Positions 47,281 to 57,310 are shown, counted from the stretch's first letter. The stretch: 64,000 bases of DNA from an uncultured virus (IMG/VR IMGVR_UViG_3300041955_001927) (IMGVR_UViG_3300041955_001927), one strand, 5' to 3'. Program-made: numbers and translations. Notes: generated by a model from the sequence alone, not told the origin.

Positions 47281-47321
47281 TTCATCACTCGGGTCGCGAA
47301 CACAAGCAAGTCAATTCTGCG
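47281..47321 (-). promoter_or_regulatory. Repeated promoter unit, copy 3
   Basis: Minus strand GCAGAATT..CTTGCTT...CGACCCGAGTGATGAA, matching copies 1 and 2. Confidence 0.55.
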
Positions 47322-47347
47322 GCCCGGCGCAGGAAACCTAAATCAAT

Positions 47348-48973
47348 GTGCCCTTCTCCGAGCAGCACGCCACCGCAGCCTGCAATTTCTTTGAACTCCT
47401 GCTGAAGCACAGCGCAGACGAATGGCACGGGCAACCGTTCCTTCTTTGCCCATGGCAGGAGGAAGCGCTCTGTCAGATCTTCGGCCAACTGGACGAAGCC
47501 GGAAACCGGATCATCGAAATGGTCTACATCGAGACGCCGAAAAAATCGGGGAAGACGGAGTTCGCCGCCGGCATCGTGCTGCTCGTTCTCCTGATGAGCA
47601 ACACGCAGGGGTGCCAGGTGTACGGCGCCGCTTCGGCCACGCGTCAGGCGATGAACGTTTATCGCGCCGCATGCAAGATGGTCGAGCAGTCGCCTTTGCT
47701 GAAGAGGCGGCTCAGGGTCCTGCGGGGCACCAACCGCATCCTCAAACGTTCGGACCCCGATTCTTTCTACGCGGCGATTGCGGCCGATGGCGACGTGGGC
47801 GATGGCGTCAATCCGGCGTGCGTGATTGCGGACGAGCTCCACCGCTGGAAGACCCGCAAGCAGATTGAAAACTGGGATGTGCTGTCGAACGGGGGCATCA
47901 CGCGAAAGCAGGCGCTCACCATCGCGATCACCACCGCGGGCGTGCAGAACGAATCGCCGCTCGCGTGGCGGCTGCACGAGAAGACCCGCAAGGTTCAGGC
48001 GGGCATCGTTTCCGACCCGAAGTTTTACGGCAGGATCTATGGCGCGGCAAAGGAAGACGATCCTGCCGCCCCTGAGACGTGGATCAAGGCGAATCCGAGT
48101 CTCAAGCAAAACGGCGGCTTCCTCGACATCGAGAAGATCGGCGAGCAGTATGTCTCGCACGCCGCCGAGGGCGACCTCACCTCGTTCAAACGCTACTTCC
48201 TGAATATGTGGGACCAGAAGGAATCGCGCGCGATCGATCTGGTCCAGTGGGATGCATCGTGCAGCCACTGGCAGGCGGCCGGGCTTCTGCCAAAGGCGCC
48301 CGAGGACGTTATCCGCCCGCTGCCTCACGATCTGCTGCGGCACTTCATCGAACGCCGCTGCTGGGCGGGCGTCGATCTCTCGATGAGCACGGATCTTTCC
48401 GCCGTGGCTTTCGTGTTTCCGTGCGACGACGGCGGCTACGACATCCTGCCGTTCTTCTGGACGCCGGAAGCCAAAGTGAAGCATCGCCAGCTTCGCGACG
48501 GCATGCCTTATCAACAGTGGGCGGACGAGGGCTTTATCGAACTCTCTCCCGGCAGCGTCATCGATTACCGGGATGTGAGAGCGCGCCTCGAGTGGGGCGT
48601 GAGCATGTTCGACGTGCAGGAGATCTGCTTCGATCCGTGGAACTCGCGCGAGATGTCCGTGCCGATGGTCGAAGCGGGGTTTCCCTGTATCGAGGTGCGC
48701 CAGGGATTCCAGACTCTGTCGGAGCCTTCAAAGAAGTTGCTGGAGCTTGTGGCGTCAGGGCGCCTCTATCACGGCGGCCACCCAGTTCTACGCTGGAACG
48801 CCAGCTGCCTGAATGCCAAATGGGCGAACGACAATCTGATGTTCTCGAAGCCCGACCGGGAAAAGAACTCATCCCGCATCGATGGAATCTCGGCGGCGGT
48901 GAACGCACTCCATCGGGCTCTGGTAATGGAGAGCAACACGATTTCCTACACCGGGCTGCGGAGCGTCGGCTAA
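47348..48973 (+). CDS. terL: Terminase large subunit
   Basis: PKKSGKT Walker A, IADELH, ITTAG, WIKANPSL, GVDLS...DL, FDPWN, RIDG. Confidence 0.95.
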   Translation: MPFSEQHATAACNFFELLLKHSADEWHGQPFLLCPWQEEALCQIFGQLDEAGNRIIEMVYIETPKKSGKTEFAAGIVLLVLLMSNTQGCQVYGAASATRQAMNVYRAACKMVEQSPLLKRRLRVLRGTNRILKRSDPDSFYAAIAADGDVGDGVNPACVIADELHRWKTRKQIENWDVLSNGGITRKQALTIAITTAGVQNESPLAWRLHEKTRKVQAGIVSDPKFYGRIYGAAKEDDPAAPETWIKANPSLKQNGGFLDIEKIGEQYVSHAAEGDLTSFKRYFLNMWDQKESRAIDLVQWDASCSHWQAAGLLPKAPEDVIRPLPHDLLRHFIERRCWAGVDLSMSTDLSAVAFVFPCDDGGYDILPFFWTPEAKVKHRQLRDGMPYQQWADEGFIELSPGSVIDYRDVRARLEWGVSMFDVQEICFDPWNSREMSVPMVEAGFPCIEVRQGFQTLSEPSKKLLELVASGRLYHGGHPVLRWNASCLNAKWANDNLMFSKPDREKNSSRIDGISAAVNALHRALVMESNTISYTGLRSVG

Positions 48974-50356
48974 ATGTTTCCCGAGATCGCGGCGCGGATC
49001 AGGGGCCTGGTGGAGCAGATCTCCGCCGGCACCGAGCCGCTGTCCATTCTGCGGGTTCCCGGTGAAGCGAAGGCCGTTGCCTCCTTCGAGGCGGTCACAA
49101 CCGACTGGTATGCGCGGAACGGCTATGAAAACATCTACGCCGCGCTGGGCGGAGGATCGATCTCGTGGTCGGGCGAGAGGGTCAACCTTGCCAGCGCTCT
49201 GAATCATTCCGTCGTGTGGGCCTGCAACAGGATTATCAGCGAGACGGTTGGTTTCATTCCCCTGGTGATGCTGCAGGTGGACAAGGATCCGGCGAAGGGC
49301 AAGCAGCCCGCAACGCACCATCCGATGTATCAGGCGCTCCGGAACGCGCCCAACGACGACATGACCGCGATGGGTTTCCGGGAGACGCTGACGAGCCATT
49401 GCGTTTTGCAGGGTAATGCCTATGCCCGCATCATTCGCCGCAGCGGCACCGGCGTAGCGATAGAACTGCAGCCGCTGATGCCGAACCATGTGCGGTGCGG
49501 GAGGGATGCTTCCGGCCAGTTGATCTACGTCGTCAAGACCGGCAATGAGCAGGAGAAAACCTACACCGTGCGGCGCAACAAGCCGCAGGACATTTTCCAC
49601 ATGCGCGGCATCGGCAATAACGGCACCGTTGGATTCTCGGTGCTGCAGATGGGCGCGCAGTCCATCGGAACCGCGATCGCGGCGGAGAAGAACGTAGGCG
49701 GCTTTTACGCGCGCGGCGGACGTTTGCCGTACATCCTCCAGATGGCGCAGAAGTTCAAAACCAAGGAAGATTTCGACCGTTTCCGGTCGGACTGGGAGAT
49801 GGTCTATTCGGTGCCGCATAAGGCGCCTATCCTCGAAAACGACATGAAGTACAAGCAGATCGGACTCAGCGCGAAGGACGCCCAGCTACTCGAAACGCGT
49901 CTGTTCAGCATCCATGAAATCTGCCGATGGTTCGGCGTTCCGCCACATCTTGTCGGCGATCTGAGCAGGGCCACGTTCTCGAACATCGAGCAACTGGCGC
50001 TTGAGTTCGTGAAATTGACGTTGTCGGTGTGGCTCACGCGGTGGGAGCAGGAGCTGTGGCGGTGCGTGCTCACTCCCGAGGAGAAAACACAGGATTACCT
50101 GTGGAAGCACAACCTGAACGCGTTGCTGCGGGGAGATTTCCCGACCCGCATGGCCGGCTACGCCACGATGCTGCAAAACGGCATCGCCAGCCAGGACGAA
50201 GTGCGCGATCTCGAAGACTGGAATCCGATTCCCGACGGCTCTGGCTCCGGCTATCACATTCAGCTCAACATGCAGACGCTTCCGCCCGGAGGCGGAGCCC
50301 TGCAGCCTCCGGCAATTCCCACTCAGGATGCCATCGGGGATGGTCCGGCTGTTTAG
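48974..50356 (+). CDS. HK97-family portal protein
   Basis: VWAC..II, PN..MT...F, LQGNAY, FGVPPHLVG, FSNIEQ, LLRGD. Confidence 0.95.
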   Translation: MFPEIAARIRGLVEQISAGTEPLSILRVPGEAKAVASFEAVTTDWYARNGYENIYAALGGGSISWSGERVNLASALNHSVVWACNRIISETVGFIPLVMLQVDKDPAKGKQPATHHPMYQALRNAPNDDMTAMGFRETLTSHCVLQGNAYARIIRRSGTGVAIELQPLMPNHVRCGRDASGQLIYVVKTGNEQEKTYTVRRNKPQDIFHMRGIGNNGTVGFSVLQMGAQSIGTAIAAEKNVGGFYARGGRLPYILQMAQKFKTKEDFDRFRSDWEMVYSVPHKAPILENDMKYKQIGLSAKDAQLLETRLFSIHEICRWFGVPPHLVGDLSRATFSNIEQLALEFVKLTLSVWLTRWEQELWRCVLTPEEKTQDYLWKHNLNALLRGDFPTRMAGYATMLQNGIASQDEVRDLEDWNPIPDGSGSGYHIQLNMQTLPPGGGALQPPAIPTQDAIGDGPAV

Positions 50357-50389
50357 ACGCAGCCCAATCGCAGTCGAGGGAGAACATTC

Positions 50390-51367
50390 ATGAAGACAAA
50401 GCACCTGCTTCGCATGGCGATCAAGGACGTATCGAGCGACGGTTCGTTCGAAGGGTCGCTCGCCGTGTACAACAACGTCGACCTTGGCGGCGACCTCATC
50501 GAGCCCGGCGCGTTTACCAAAACGATCCGGGAGCACGGGAACGAAGTTCCGTTGCTGTGGCAGCACAAGAGCGATAAGCCGATCGGCATGCTGACCCTGA
50601 CAGACGGGCCGGATGCGCTCAATGTGAAGGGCCAGTTGCTGATGGATCTGCCGGAAGCGAAGAACGCTTACCTGCTGATCAAAGCCAAGATCGTCAAGGG
50701 TCTCTCGATAGGCTTCGACACCGTCAAGGATGCCGTCGACGGAGCCGTGCGCCATCTGAAAGAGATTCGCCTCTGGGAAGGCTCCATCGTGACTTTTCCG
50801 ATGAACGAGCAGGCGCTGATCACCAGCGTGAAGGCCCGCAGGCAGGCGAAGGCCGACTTCACCACGGAATACGCCGAGCTGCAGCTTCAGGACGCCGCCT
50901 ACCAGATGTGGCTCGCGCTGCGCTCCGCGCTCTGCTCGATCCCGTGGTCCGATTTGTCGAAGGACGAAAAGGTGGCGGCGTCGGAGGCCAGCATCGGGCA
51001 GTTCATGGCCGCTTACATGGAATTCATTCCGGCCTACCTCGACTGGCTCACCGAAGAATATGGAGACTTCAGCACCATGGGGCGCACGCCGCGGGAAGTG
51101 AAGACCGGCAAGCGCATCAGCGCAGCCTCCGCGAAACAAATCACCACGGCGCGCGAGCACGTCAAGAGCGCCGACGACATTCTGGCCGCACTTATCGATC
51201 CCGAAGCCGTGGACGCCGATACCGACATCAATACCGACGTCAGTACCGACGACGACACTTCGGCGCAGAAAGCCGCGGTCCCGACCGAACCCGAGCCGGT
51301 AATAATCGACCACTCGGCAGCAACAAACCTGATCGATTCGATCCGGTCGCTCATTCCGGCGGCGTAA
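50390..51367 (+). CDS. HK97-family prohead protease with C-terminal extension
   Basis: D.IEPGAF, LLWQH...PIG, GLSIGF, LWEGSIVTFPMN. Confidence 0.92.
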   Translation: MKTKHLLRMAIKDVSSDGSFEGSLAVYNNVDLGGDLIEPGAFTKTIREHGNEVPLLWQHKSDKPIGMLTLTDGPDALNVKGQLLMDLPEAKNAYLLIKAKIVKGLSIGFDTVKDAVDGAVRHLKEIRLWEGSIVTFPMNEQALITSVKARRQAKADFTTEYAELQLQDAAYQMWLALRSALCSIPWSDLSKDEKVAASEASIGQFMAAYMEFIPAYLDWLTEEYGDFSTMGRTPREVKTGKRISAASAKQITTAREHVKSADDILAALIDPEAVDADTDINTDVSTDDDTSAQKAAVPTEPEPVIIDHSAATNLIDSIRSLIPAA

Positions 51368-51400
51368 CGCCGGGAAATCCAAACAAAAAGGAAAACGAAA

Positions 51401-52606
51401 ATGGAAGCGAAACTGCTGGCGCTGCAGGCCGAGCTGAAGACCCATTTCGAAAAAGCTGCCGAGCAACAGACGAAGCACGGCACCATTTCGGAAGAACTGA
51501 GAACCAAGATCGACGCGGTCCAGAAACAGGTGGACGCGATCGACAGCAAACTCGCCGCGCATGTGCCGGCGGGGGAAGACGAAGACTCTTTCGAAGCGCA
51601 GATGAAGAACGACGCGGGCGTTCAGCGTCTTCTGAAGGACAAGCGAGGCAACGCGGTGATCACCTTCACCGGGAAGAACGCGCGGTCGTTGTTCGAGCGC
51701 AAGACCACCATCAGCGATGCCGCGGTGGGAAGCGCGATCTCCGGCGTGCTGCAGATCGGGCGTCTTCCCGACATCACGATGGAAGCGCGTCAGCAGCTCA
51801 CCATCCGGGATCTGCTGACGGCGACTCCGACCACTTTCCAGGTGGTTGACTTTGTGAAGGTTCTCGCCCCGATGGCGATCGCGTCTCCGGTGGCCGAAGC
51901 CGGCACGAAACCGGAGAACGCGGTGACGTTCACCACTGTGTCGGAACGCGCCAAGACCATCGCCACCTGGATCCCCGCGACGCGCCAGGTGCTCGACGAC
52001 TTCAGCGAACTGATGACTTTTATCAGGACGATGATGCCGTATTACGTGAACCTCGCCGAGGAGCAACAGATTCTCTCGGGCGACGGCACGGGAGAAAACC
52101 TGCATGGCCTGATTCCGCAGGCATCCGCTTTTTCCACCGCGCTTCTGGACGCAACCGAAGGCTGGAACAAAATCGACATCATCGGTCGCGCTATCCAGCA
52201 GCTCACGGCGGCGAAGGAACTGATGCCGACGTTTTGCGTGGTGCACCCGAACGATTGGTGGGACATCCGCCTCACCAAAGACGGCTTTGGGCGTTACATT
52301 CTCGGCAACCCGCAGCAGGGTTCTCTCACGAATGCCGGCATGGGGATCACCAACCCCACGCAGAACATCTTCGGACTGGCCGTCGATCCGACCACCAGCA
52401 TCGCTCAAGGGACGTTCCTCGTCGGCTCGGGGAATCCGATTGCCGCGGAGATTCGCGACCGCATGGAAATGCAGATCGACGTATCGACCGAACACAGCAC
52501 GTTCTTCACACAGAACCTCGTTGCGGTCCGCGCCGAGAAACGGCTCGCACTTATCACGCGAAGGCCCGGATCGTTCATCACGGGCACCTTCAACACCTCG
52601 CCGTAG
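51401..52606 (+). CDS. HK97-fold major capsid protein
   Basis: Coiled-coil delta domain, VAEAGTKPE, QILSGDGTG.N..G, HPNDW..I.L.KD..GRY, F.QNLVAVRAE.R. Confidence 0.95.
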   Translation: MEAKLLALQAELKTHFEKAAEQQTKHGTISEELRTKIDAVQKQVDAIDSKLAAHVPAGEDEDSFEAQMKNDAGVQRLLKDKRGNAVITFTGKNARSLFERKTTISDAAVGSAISGVLQIGRLPDITMEARQQLTIRDLLTATPTTFQVVDFVKVLAPMAIASPVAEAGTKPENAVTFTTVSERAKTIATWIPATRQVLDDFSELMTFIRTMMPYYVNLAEEQQILSGDGTGENLHGLIPQASAFSTALLDATEGWNKIDIIGRAIQQLTAAKELMPTFCVVHPNDWWDIRLTKDGFGRYILGNPQQGSLTNAGMGITNPTQNIFGLAVDPTTSIAQGTFLVGSGNPIAAEIRDRMEMQIDVSTEHSTFFTQNLVAVRAEKRLALITRRPGSFITGTFNTSP

Positions 52607-52740
52607 AAAAGACAGCAACACCGTGGCGCGCCGGCTCTCTCTAAGCGGGTTGGCGCATTTTGGGCCGGGATTCGTTCGCATTCTTGCGGACGGTTCCCGG
52701 CCGTAATTTTGAAAAACAGCAAAAGGAAAGGTAAACCAAA

Positions 52741-52962
52741 ATGAACAGTCCACTGGACAACGCAATTACCGCTGCGGCCGCAGCCGAGGCGACGTACACG
52801 GCAGACGTGACCAACATCGCCACAATCGAGACCGCCATCTCGACAGCGACGGCGCCGCTCTCGGCCGCACAGACCCAGGCGACTACGGATGCCTCGGCAT
52901 TCAATGCCTCGCTGGACGCCCTGAGCGCAGCCGCCCTCGCCGCCAAAGTCGCGACAAGCTGA
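52741..52962 (+). CDS. Small Ala/Thr-rich protein
   Basis: AAAGG SD, clean ORF after the capsid gene. Confidence 0.55.
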   Translation: MNSPLDNAITAAAAAEATYTADVTNIATIETAISTATAPLSAAQTQATTDASAFNASLDALSAAALAAKVATS

Positions 52963-52981
52963 AACGCTCCGGCCCCGAACC

Positions 52982-53320
52982 ATGCGACTCATAGCGAACA
53001 GCCAACTCAGTGGCGAATACGGAACCGTCACCGCCGGACAGGAGTTTGAATGCCAGGATGCGGTCGCGTTGGAACTTCTGAGGACGAACATGGTACGAAA
53101 GGCCGGGCCTCCAACCGTCCGTTACGAAACGAAGGTCATCGCGCCAGAAGCTCCCGAGGTAAGCGCGCGGCCTTCGTTTCGTGACGTGTCTTTGCCTGAC
53201 GAAGGATCGGCGGCAGTGGCTTCCGCAGGCCATCGAGTGCTTCCGGCGCCAGACATACAGCAACGCGGAGTTGCTGATTCTGGCGGACGGGGCCGACGTT
53301 CGAGACCTGGTGCCGGATGA
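52982..53320 (+). CDS. Small capsid-region hypothetical protein
   Basis: G...AGQEFE...A..L....V N-term; the 3' part overlaps the next gene by 140 nt. Confidence 0.5.
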   Translation: MRLIANSQLSGEYGTVTAGQEFECQDAVALELLRTNMVRKAGPPTVRYETKVIAPEAPEVSARPSFRDVSLPDEGSAAVASAGHRVLPAPDIQQRGVADSGGRGRRSRPGAG

Positions 53321-53780
53321 TACGCGCATCAGGCTCATACATCTGGAAGGGCCTGTAGTCATTGGCGACAAGCGCAATTTCGGTTGCGAGCGCGCCGCCG
53401 GTGACGTAATTGCCCATTTCGACGACGACGATTATTCGGCTCCGGGCCGGCTGGCTGAGCAGATACAGCAGCTTCGCGAGAGCGGGAAGGCTGTCACCGG
53501 CTTTCATTCCATGCGGTTTGTCGCCGCTGATGGTCAGTGGTGGCAGTACGACGGCACCGCCGGTTATGCGCTGGGCACGTCGCTTTGCTACCGGAGGGGA
53601 TGGTGGAGAAATCATCCGTTCCCGGGGCTTCAAATAGGCGAGGACAATGCAATGGTCGCAATGGCCCATGCGGCAGGCGAACTGGTCACCGCTGACGCCG
53701 GCGAACTGATGCACGCAACGATCCACCCCGGCAATACGAGTCCCCGCAAGTTGGGCTCCGCGTGGAAAGCTGTCAAGTGA
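53181..53780 (+). CDS. Glycosyltransferase family 2
   Basis: R..WLPQAIECF.RQTY.N.ELLILADG, IG.KRN, IAHFDDDDY, GED. Confidence 0.88.
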   Translation: MTCLCLTKDRRQWLPQAIECFRRQTYSNAELLILADGADVRDLVPDDTRIRLIHLEGPVVIGDKRNFGCERAAGDVIAHFDDDDYSAPGRLAEQIQQLRESGKAVTGFHSMRFVAADGQWWQYDGTAGYALGTSLCYRRGWWRNHPFPGLQIGEDNAMVAMAHAAGELVTADAGELMHATIHPGNTSPRKLGSAWKAVK

Positions 53781-54466
53781 ACCCAAACCTCTCGATCATC
53801 ATCCCGAGCAAGACCGACGTGAACCTCGGGGCGTGCGTGCGGGCGATCCGCGCGGCGGGCGAGACCTGCAGGATTATCGTCGTGGACGATTTCGACGGGC
53901 CCACACGGTTTCTCCTTCCATGCGATGAGCCCGTCGATTGGCGGCTGGGGATCAAGCCTTTCGTCTTCGCTCGCAATATCAACATCGGCATTCGCGCGGC
54001 GGGAGACAACGACGTGATCCTGCTCAACGACGATGCGCTGCTGAAGACGGCGGGAGGATTCACCGCCATACAGCGAATTGCCGCCGCGCATCCGGATTAC
54101 GGCATCATCGCTTCCACCTGCAATAACGTCGGCAACCGCAGGCAGTGGCCGCAAAACAAAGGCCTGCGCGAAGAGCCCCGCATGGTTTGTTTCGTCTGCA
54201 TCTTCATTCCGCGGCGCTCGATTGAGTCGGTGGGACTGCTCGATGAACGATTCACCGGCTACGGCTGCGACGACGACGATTATTGTCTGCGCGTTCGAAA
54301 GGCCGGGTTGAAAATCGGAATCTTCGACGGCTGTTTCGTCGATCACACGACCCTCGTCAGCACCTTTCGCGGAAGGGCGCTTTCCGGAGGAGACTACCGG
54401 CCAAACCTGAAGATATTTGCCGACAAATGGGGAGCCCCGGAGGCCGCGCGCGTTGGGACCTTCTGA
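53777..54466 (+). CDS. Glycosyltransferase family 2
   Basis: SIIIPS, IIVVDD, FARNINIGI, ILLNDD, GLLDERFTGYGCDDDDYCLR. Confidence 0.88.
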   Translation: MNPNLSIIIPSKTDVNLGACVRAIRAAGETCRIIVVDDFDGPTRFLLPCDEPVDWRLGIKPFVFARNINIGIRAAGDNDVILLNDDALLKTAGGFTAIQRIAAAHPDYGIIASTCNNVGNRRQWPQNKGLREEPRMVCFVCIFIPRRSIESVGLLDERFTGYGCDDDDYCLRVRKAGLKIGIFDGCFVDHTTLVSTFRGRALSGGDYRPNLKIFADKWGAPEAARVGTF

Positions 54467-55208
54467 ATTCTCGGCGACGGCCTTCATGTGCGTCTACAAC
54501 GAAGCCGACATCCTGCCATGGACGCTGGCGCACCTGATCGAGCAGGGCATCGATGTGCATGTGATCGATAACTGGTCGACCGATGGCAGCGATCGTATCG
54601 CGCAGCAGTTTCCCCTGGCAGGGTTCGAACGATTCCCGGCGGAAGGAAACGGCCCTATCTTCCGGTGGGAACTACTCCTCCATCGCGTCGAAGATCTGGC
54701 AAACGCGTCGCGGGCATCCTGGTGCATTCATAACGACGCCGACGAGATCCGGCGAAGTTCCCGGTCAACTGAGCCGTTGATCGCCGCCCTGCGCAGGATG
54801 GACGCCGCCGGCTATAACGCCGCCGATCACAGGGTCTTCTGCTTTCATCCTGTCGATGAGTTGTACGCGGGCGATCCCGAGCCGTATTTCCGCCACTACT
54901 CGGAAGACGGCGTGGATAACAGGCTGCCTCATGTCAAAGCCTGGAAGAACCAGGGTCCCGTTTCTCTCGCACGGAGCGGCGGGCATCAGGCCGAATTTTC
55001 CGGCCGCAGAATTTGCCCCGAGGCGATGATCCTGAAGCACTACCCCATCCGCTCGTCGCAGCAGGGGGCGCGCAAAGTTCTTCATGAGCGCATGCCCCGG
55101 TTCGACCCGCGGGAGCGGGCAAAGAACTGGCATGTCCAGTACGACCGCCTGGCACAAACACAAGAGTGGGTCCGCGATCCGAAGACGCTCAGGGAGTGGC
55201 CGGTTTAG
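54417..55208 (+). CDS. Glycosyltransferase family 2-like (exact start uncertain)
   Basis: VYNEADIL, VIDNWSTDGS, WCIHNDADE, LKHYPIRS. Confidence 0.85.
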   Translation: MPTNGEPRRPRALGPSEFSATAFMCVYNEADILPWTLAHLIEQGIDVHVIDNWSTDGSDRIAQQFPLAGFERFPAEGNGPIFRWELLLHRVEDLANASRASWCIHNDADEIRRSSRSTEPLIAALRRMDAAGYNAADHRVFCFHPVDELYAGDPEPYFRHYSEDGVDNRLPHVKAWKNQGPVSLARSGGHQAEFSGRRICPEAMILKHYPIRSSQQGARKVLHERMPRFDPRERAKNWHVQYDRLAQTQEWVRDPKTLREWPV

Positions 55209-55278
55209 CCGGCAGGGCGCGCCGGGAAGCATCGCGGGCCGGAGCGGCAGTTTACAGGGACAAGTGGGGAGACACATT

Positions 55279-56094
55279 ATGAACCCGACACCACACGGTC
55301 GTTATCTGGCAATCGGCACGGCCATCACAGTCATTCTGTCCATCGGCGTTGGGTTCGCTCTGTTCGAGTTAGTGCGGATCGAGCGCAATCTCAATACGTC
55401 GGCGGCGGCGAGCGCCGAGACTCTGGCTCTGGTGAACACTGCGCTGAAAGGCACCCATAAGAACGGTGACGACGGCCTGCTCGTTCTCGCGCGGGTACTG
55501 CTTCAGAACAGCGACGGCGCGGCGAACGCGCTGAAACAGACATTGCAGGACGCCAACAGGATCGCGAAACAGGAGCAGCCGAAAACGGCGGCGCTGGCGG
55601 ACTCTTCTCTCGCCGCGGTGAGAGCCGGTGGCGAGGTGGTGGTGAAACTCGGCGCTGCCGTGGACATGCTGAACGGGGTGATCGGCGACGTGCGCACCAC
55701 CACGCTGCCGAAGCTCAACGCGGGCGTGGATTCGCTGAACGGACTGGTCGCGGATCTCCGGCCCACCGCGACGGCTTCGACGGATCTCGTTACGCAGGCC
55801 GCCGGGGTGGTTGGTGAACTGAAGGGCACCGTGAGCCAAGCGAACGCGCTGCTGGCGGACCCGGACATCGCCGCAACGGCCGCCAATCTGGCGAGCATGT
55901 CCGCGAACCTGAACGGCGCCGCGCTCCATGCGAATCACGCGCTCGGGTATATCGAAGCCGACCTGACGCCGAAGAAGCTGCCGTTCTGGCAGGCTGTCGT
56001 CTCGACCGCGCTTTCCGAGGCCATCGGGATTCCGCTCAAATACCTGCCTCAGGCGGTGACCGTCGTTTCGACCGTGCCCGTACCCAAGAAATAG
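55279..56094 (+). CDS. Membrane-anchored coiled-coil protein (MCE-stalk/spanin-like)
   Basis: One N-terminal TM (YLAIGTAITVILSIGVGFALF) followed by long Ala/Leu heptads. Confidence 0.55.
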   Translation: MNPTPHGRYLAIGTAITVILSIGVGFALFELVRIERNLNTSAAASAETLALVNTALKGTHKNGDDGLLVLARVLLQNSDGAANALKQTLQDANRIAKQEQPKTAALADSSLAAVRAGGEVVVKLGAAVDMLNGVIGDVRTTTLPKLNAGVDSLNGLVADLRPTATASTDLVTQAAGVVGELKGTVSQANALLADPDIAATAANLASMSANLNGAALHANHALGYIEADLTPKKLPFWQAVVSTALSEAIGIPLKYLPQAVTVVSTVPVPKK

Positions 56095-56908
56095 AAAAAG
56101 GGAGTTCCGAACAATGGACCGAAAATGTCTTCTCGTTTTCTTCCTCTCCGTCGCGAGTATCTGTGCGCAGCGCCCTCCCGCCGGAGGCCAGATCGCCGGC
56201 GTGAGCGGCAATGGAAATATCTCGGTGACCAGCGTCGGCGCTCAGACTCCGGGGAGTTGCGTCGCAATCGACGGCAATGGCAACCACGTAGCCACCGGCG
56301 TTCCGTGCAGGATTATTGTCCATCAAAGTCAACTGGCGAATGTCCCGACCAATGGAACGGACCAGACCTTTTTTTCGACTACGATCCTCGCGAACACCAT
56401 GGGCGCGGGGGGCTGTATTCATGTCGAATTCGTCTTTGCGCAGACCGCGGGCGGAGGGACTTCCAAATTTTGGTTTGGAGCAACCTCCGTTGTCATCTAT
56501 CCCGCCAGCGGGGACACCAGCAACTGGATAGGTTCTGTCAGCATTTGCAATAACACGGCCGCGACCAATGCCCAGCAGATCGTGGCTACACCCGTCGCCT
56601 ACGCGGGCGCCAATTTCCTCGCCTGGTTTGGCGGGGCTTTCACTACAGCAGCCGCGGACACGACCGGGGCGGTCGTCGTAAAACTCACAGGCACCGGCGG
56701 CGTATCGAACGCATATACGCCGATCTCCTGGACCGTGTATTAAAGAGAGCCCAACCGACCTGACTGCGCGGGTCTGACGCCGACGAAGCTGCCGTTCTGG
56801 CAGGCCGTCGTCTCGGCGGCGCTTTCCCAGGCCATCGGGATTCCGCTCAAATATCTGCCGCAGGCGGTGCGTGTCGTGAATACGGCCGCGGCGCCCGCAG
56901 CCAAATAG
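55963..56908 (+). repeat. Direct repeat: the 3' end of the 55279 gene is duplicated downstream (55963-56094 vs 56774-56908)
   Basis: First 96 nt match at 89/96 (LTPKKLPFWQAVVSTALSEAIGIPLKYLPQAV vs LTPTKLPFWQAVVSAALSQAIGIPLKYLPQAV). Confidence 0.9.
56114..56743 (+). CDS. Secreted beta-rich Thr/Gly-rich protein (moron)
   Basis: Signal peptide MDRKCLLVFFLSVASICA-Q; GGGAG SD; lies between the repeat copies. Confidence 0.6.
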   Translation: MDRKCLLVFFLSVASICAQRPPAGGQIAGVSGNGNISVTSVGAQTPGSCVAIDGNGNHVATGVPCRIIVHQSQLANVPTNGTDQTFFSTTILANTMGAGGCIHVEFVFAQTAGGGTSKFWFGATSVVIYPASGDTSNWIGSVSICNNTAATNAQQIVATPVAYAGANFLAWFGGAFTTAAADTTGAVVVKLTGTGGVSNAYTPISWTVY

Positions 56909-56944
56909 TTCCGCTCCAGAGGAGCAGAAACAAGAGGAAAAAAC

Positions 56945-57310
56945 ATGTCGAAACTCGGAACAGCATTCACAACAGCCTGGAAAGACATCAAGAAGGTAGC
57001 TACGGAGGCCGCGTCGTTCGTCACCTCGAACAGCGCGACCATTCAGAAAGACGTTGCCATCGGCAGCGCAATCCTCACGACGGCAGTCCCTTCGCTCGCT
57101 CCCGCCGTGACGGTGTTCGATTCCGTCGAGGAAGCGGCCATGGGCGAACTGTGCGCCGTCGCCAGCGACGTGACGAACGCCACTACGCTCGAAGGTCTGT
57201 TCGGCGCGGCATGGCCGACCATTCAGGCGCTGGTCAAGACGCTCAGCACGCATCCCGCGGTGACGGCCGCGCAGGCGCCCACCGCCGCTCCTGCCACCGC
57301 TACCGCTTAA
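56945..57310 (+). CDS. Ala/Thr-rich hypothetical protein
   Basis: GAGGA SD, clean ORF. Confidence 0.55.
   Translation: MSKLGTAFTTAWKDIKKVATEAASFVTSNSATIQKDVAIGSAILTTAVPSLAPAVTVFDSVEEAAMGELCAVASDVTNATTLEGLFGAAWPTIQALVKTLSTHPAVTAAQAPTAAPATATA

Noticed and set aside
46076..47321. Cassette repeats as integron attC sites
   Set aside because: No GTTRRRY/RYYYAAC cores recognised and no tyrosine integron integrase; the repeats read as promoter + terminator
49886..52765. 959-aa minus-strand ORF
   Set aside because: Antisense shadow of the portal/protease/capsid genes, typical of high-GC coding DNA; no motifs
55963..56908. Repeat pair as a DGR template/variable region
   Set aside because: Mismatches are not adenine-specific and are often synonymous third positions; no reverse transcriptase in the window
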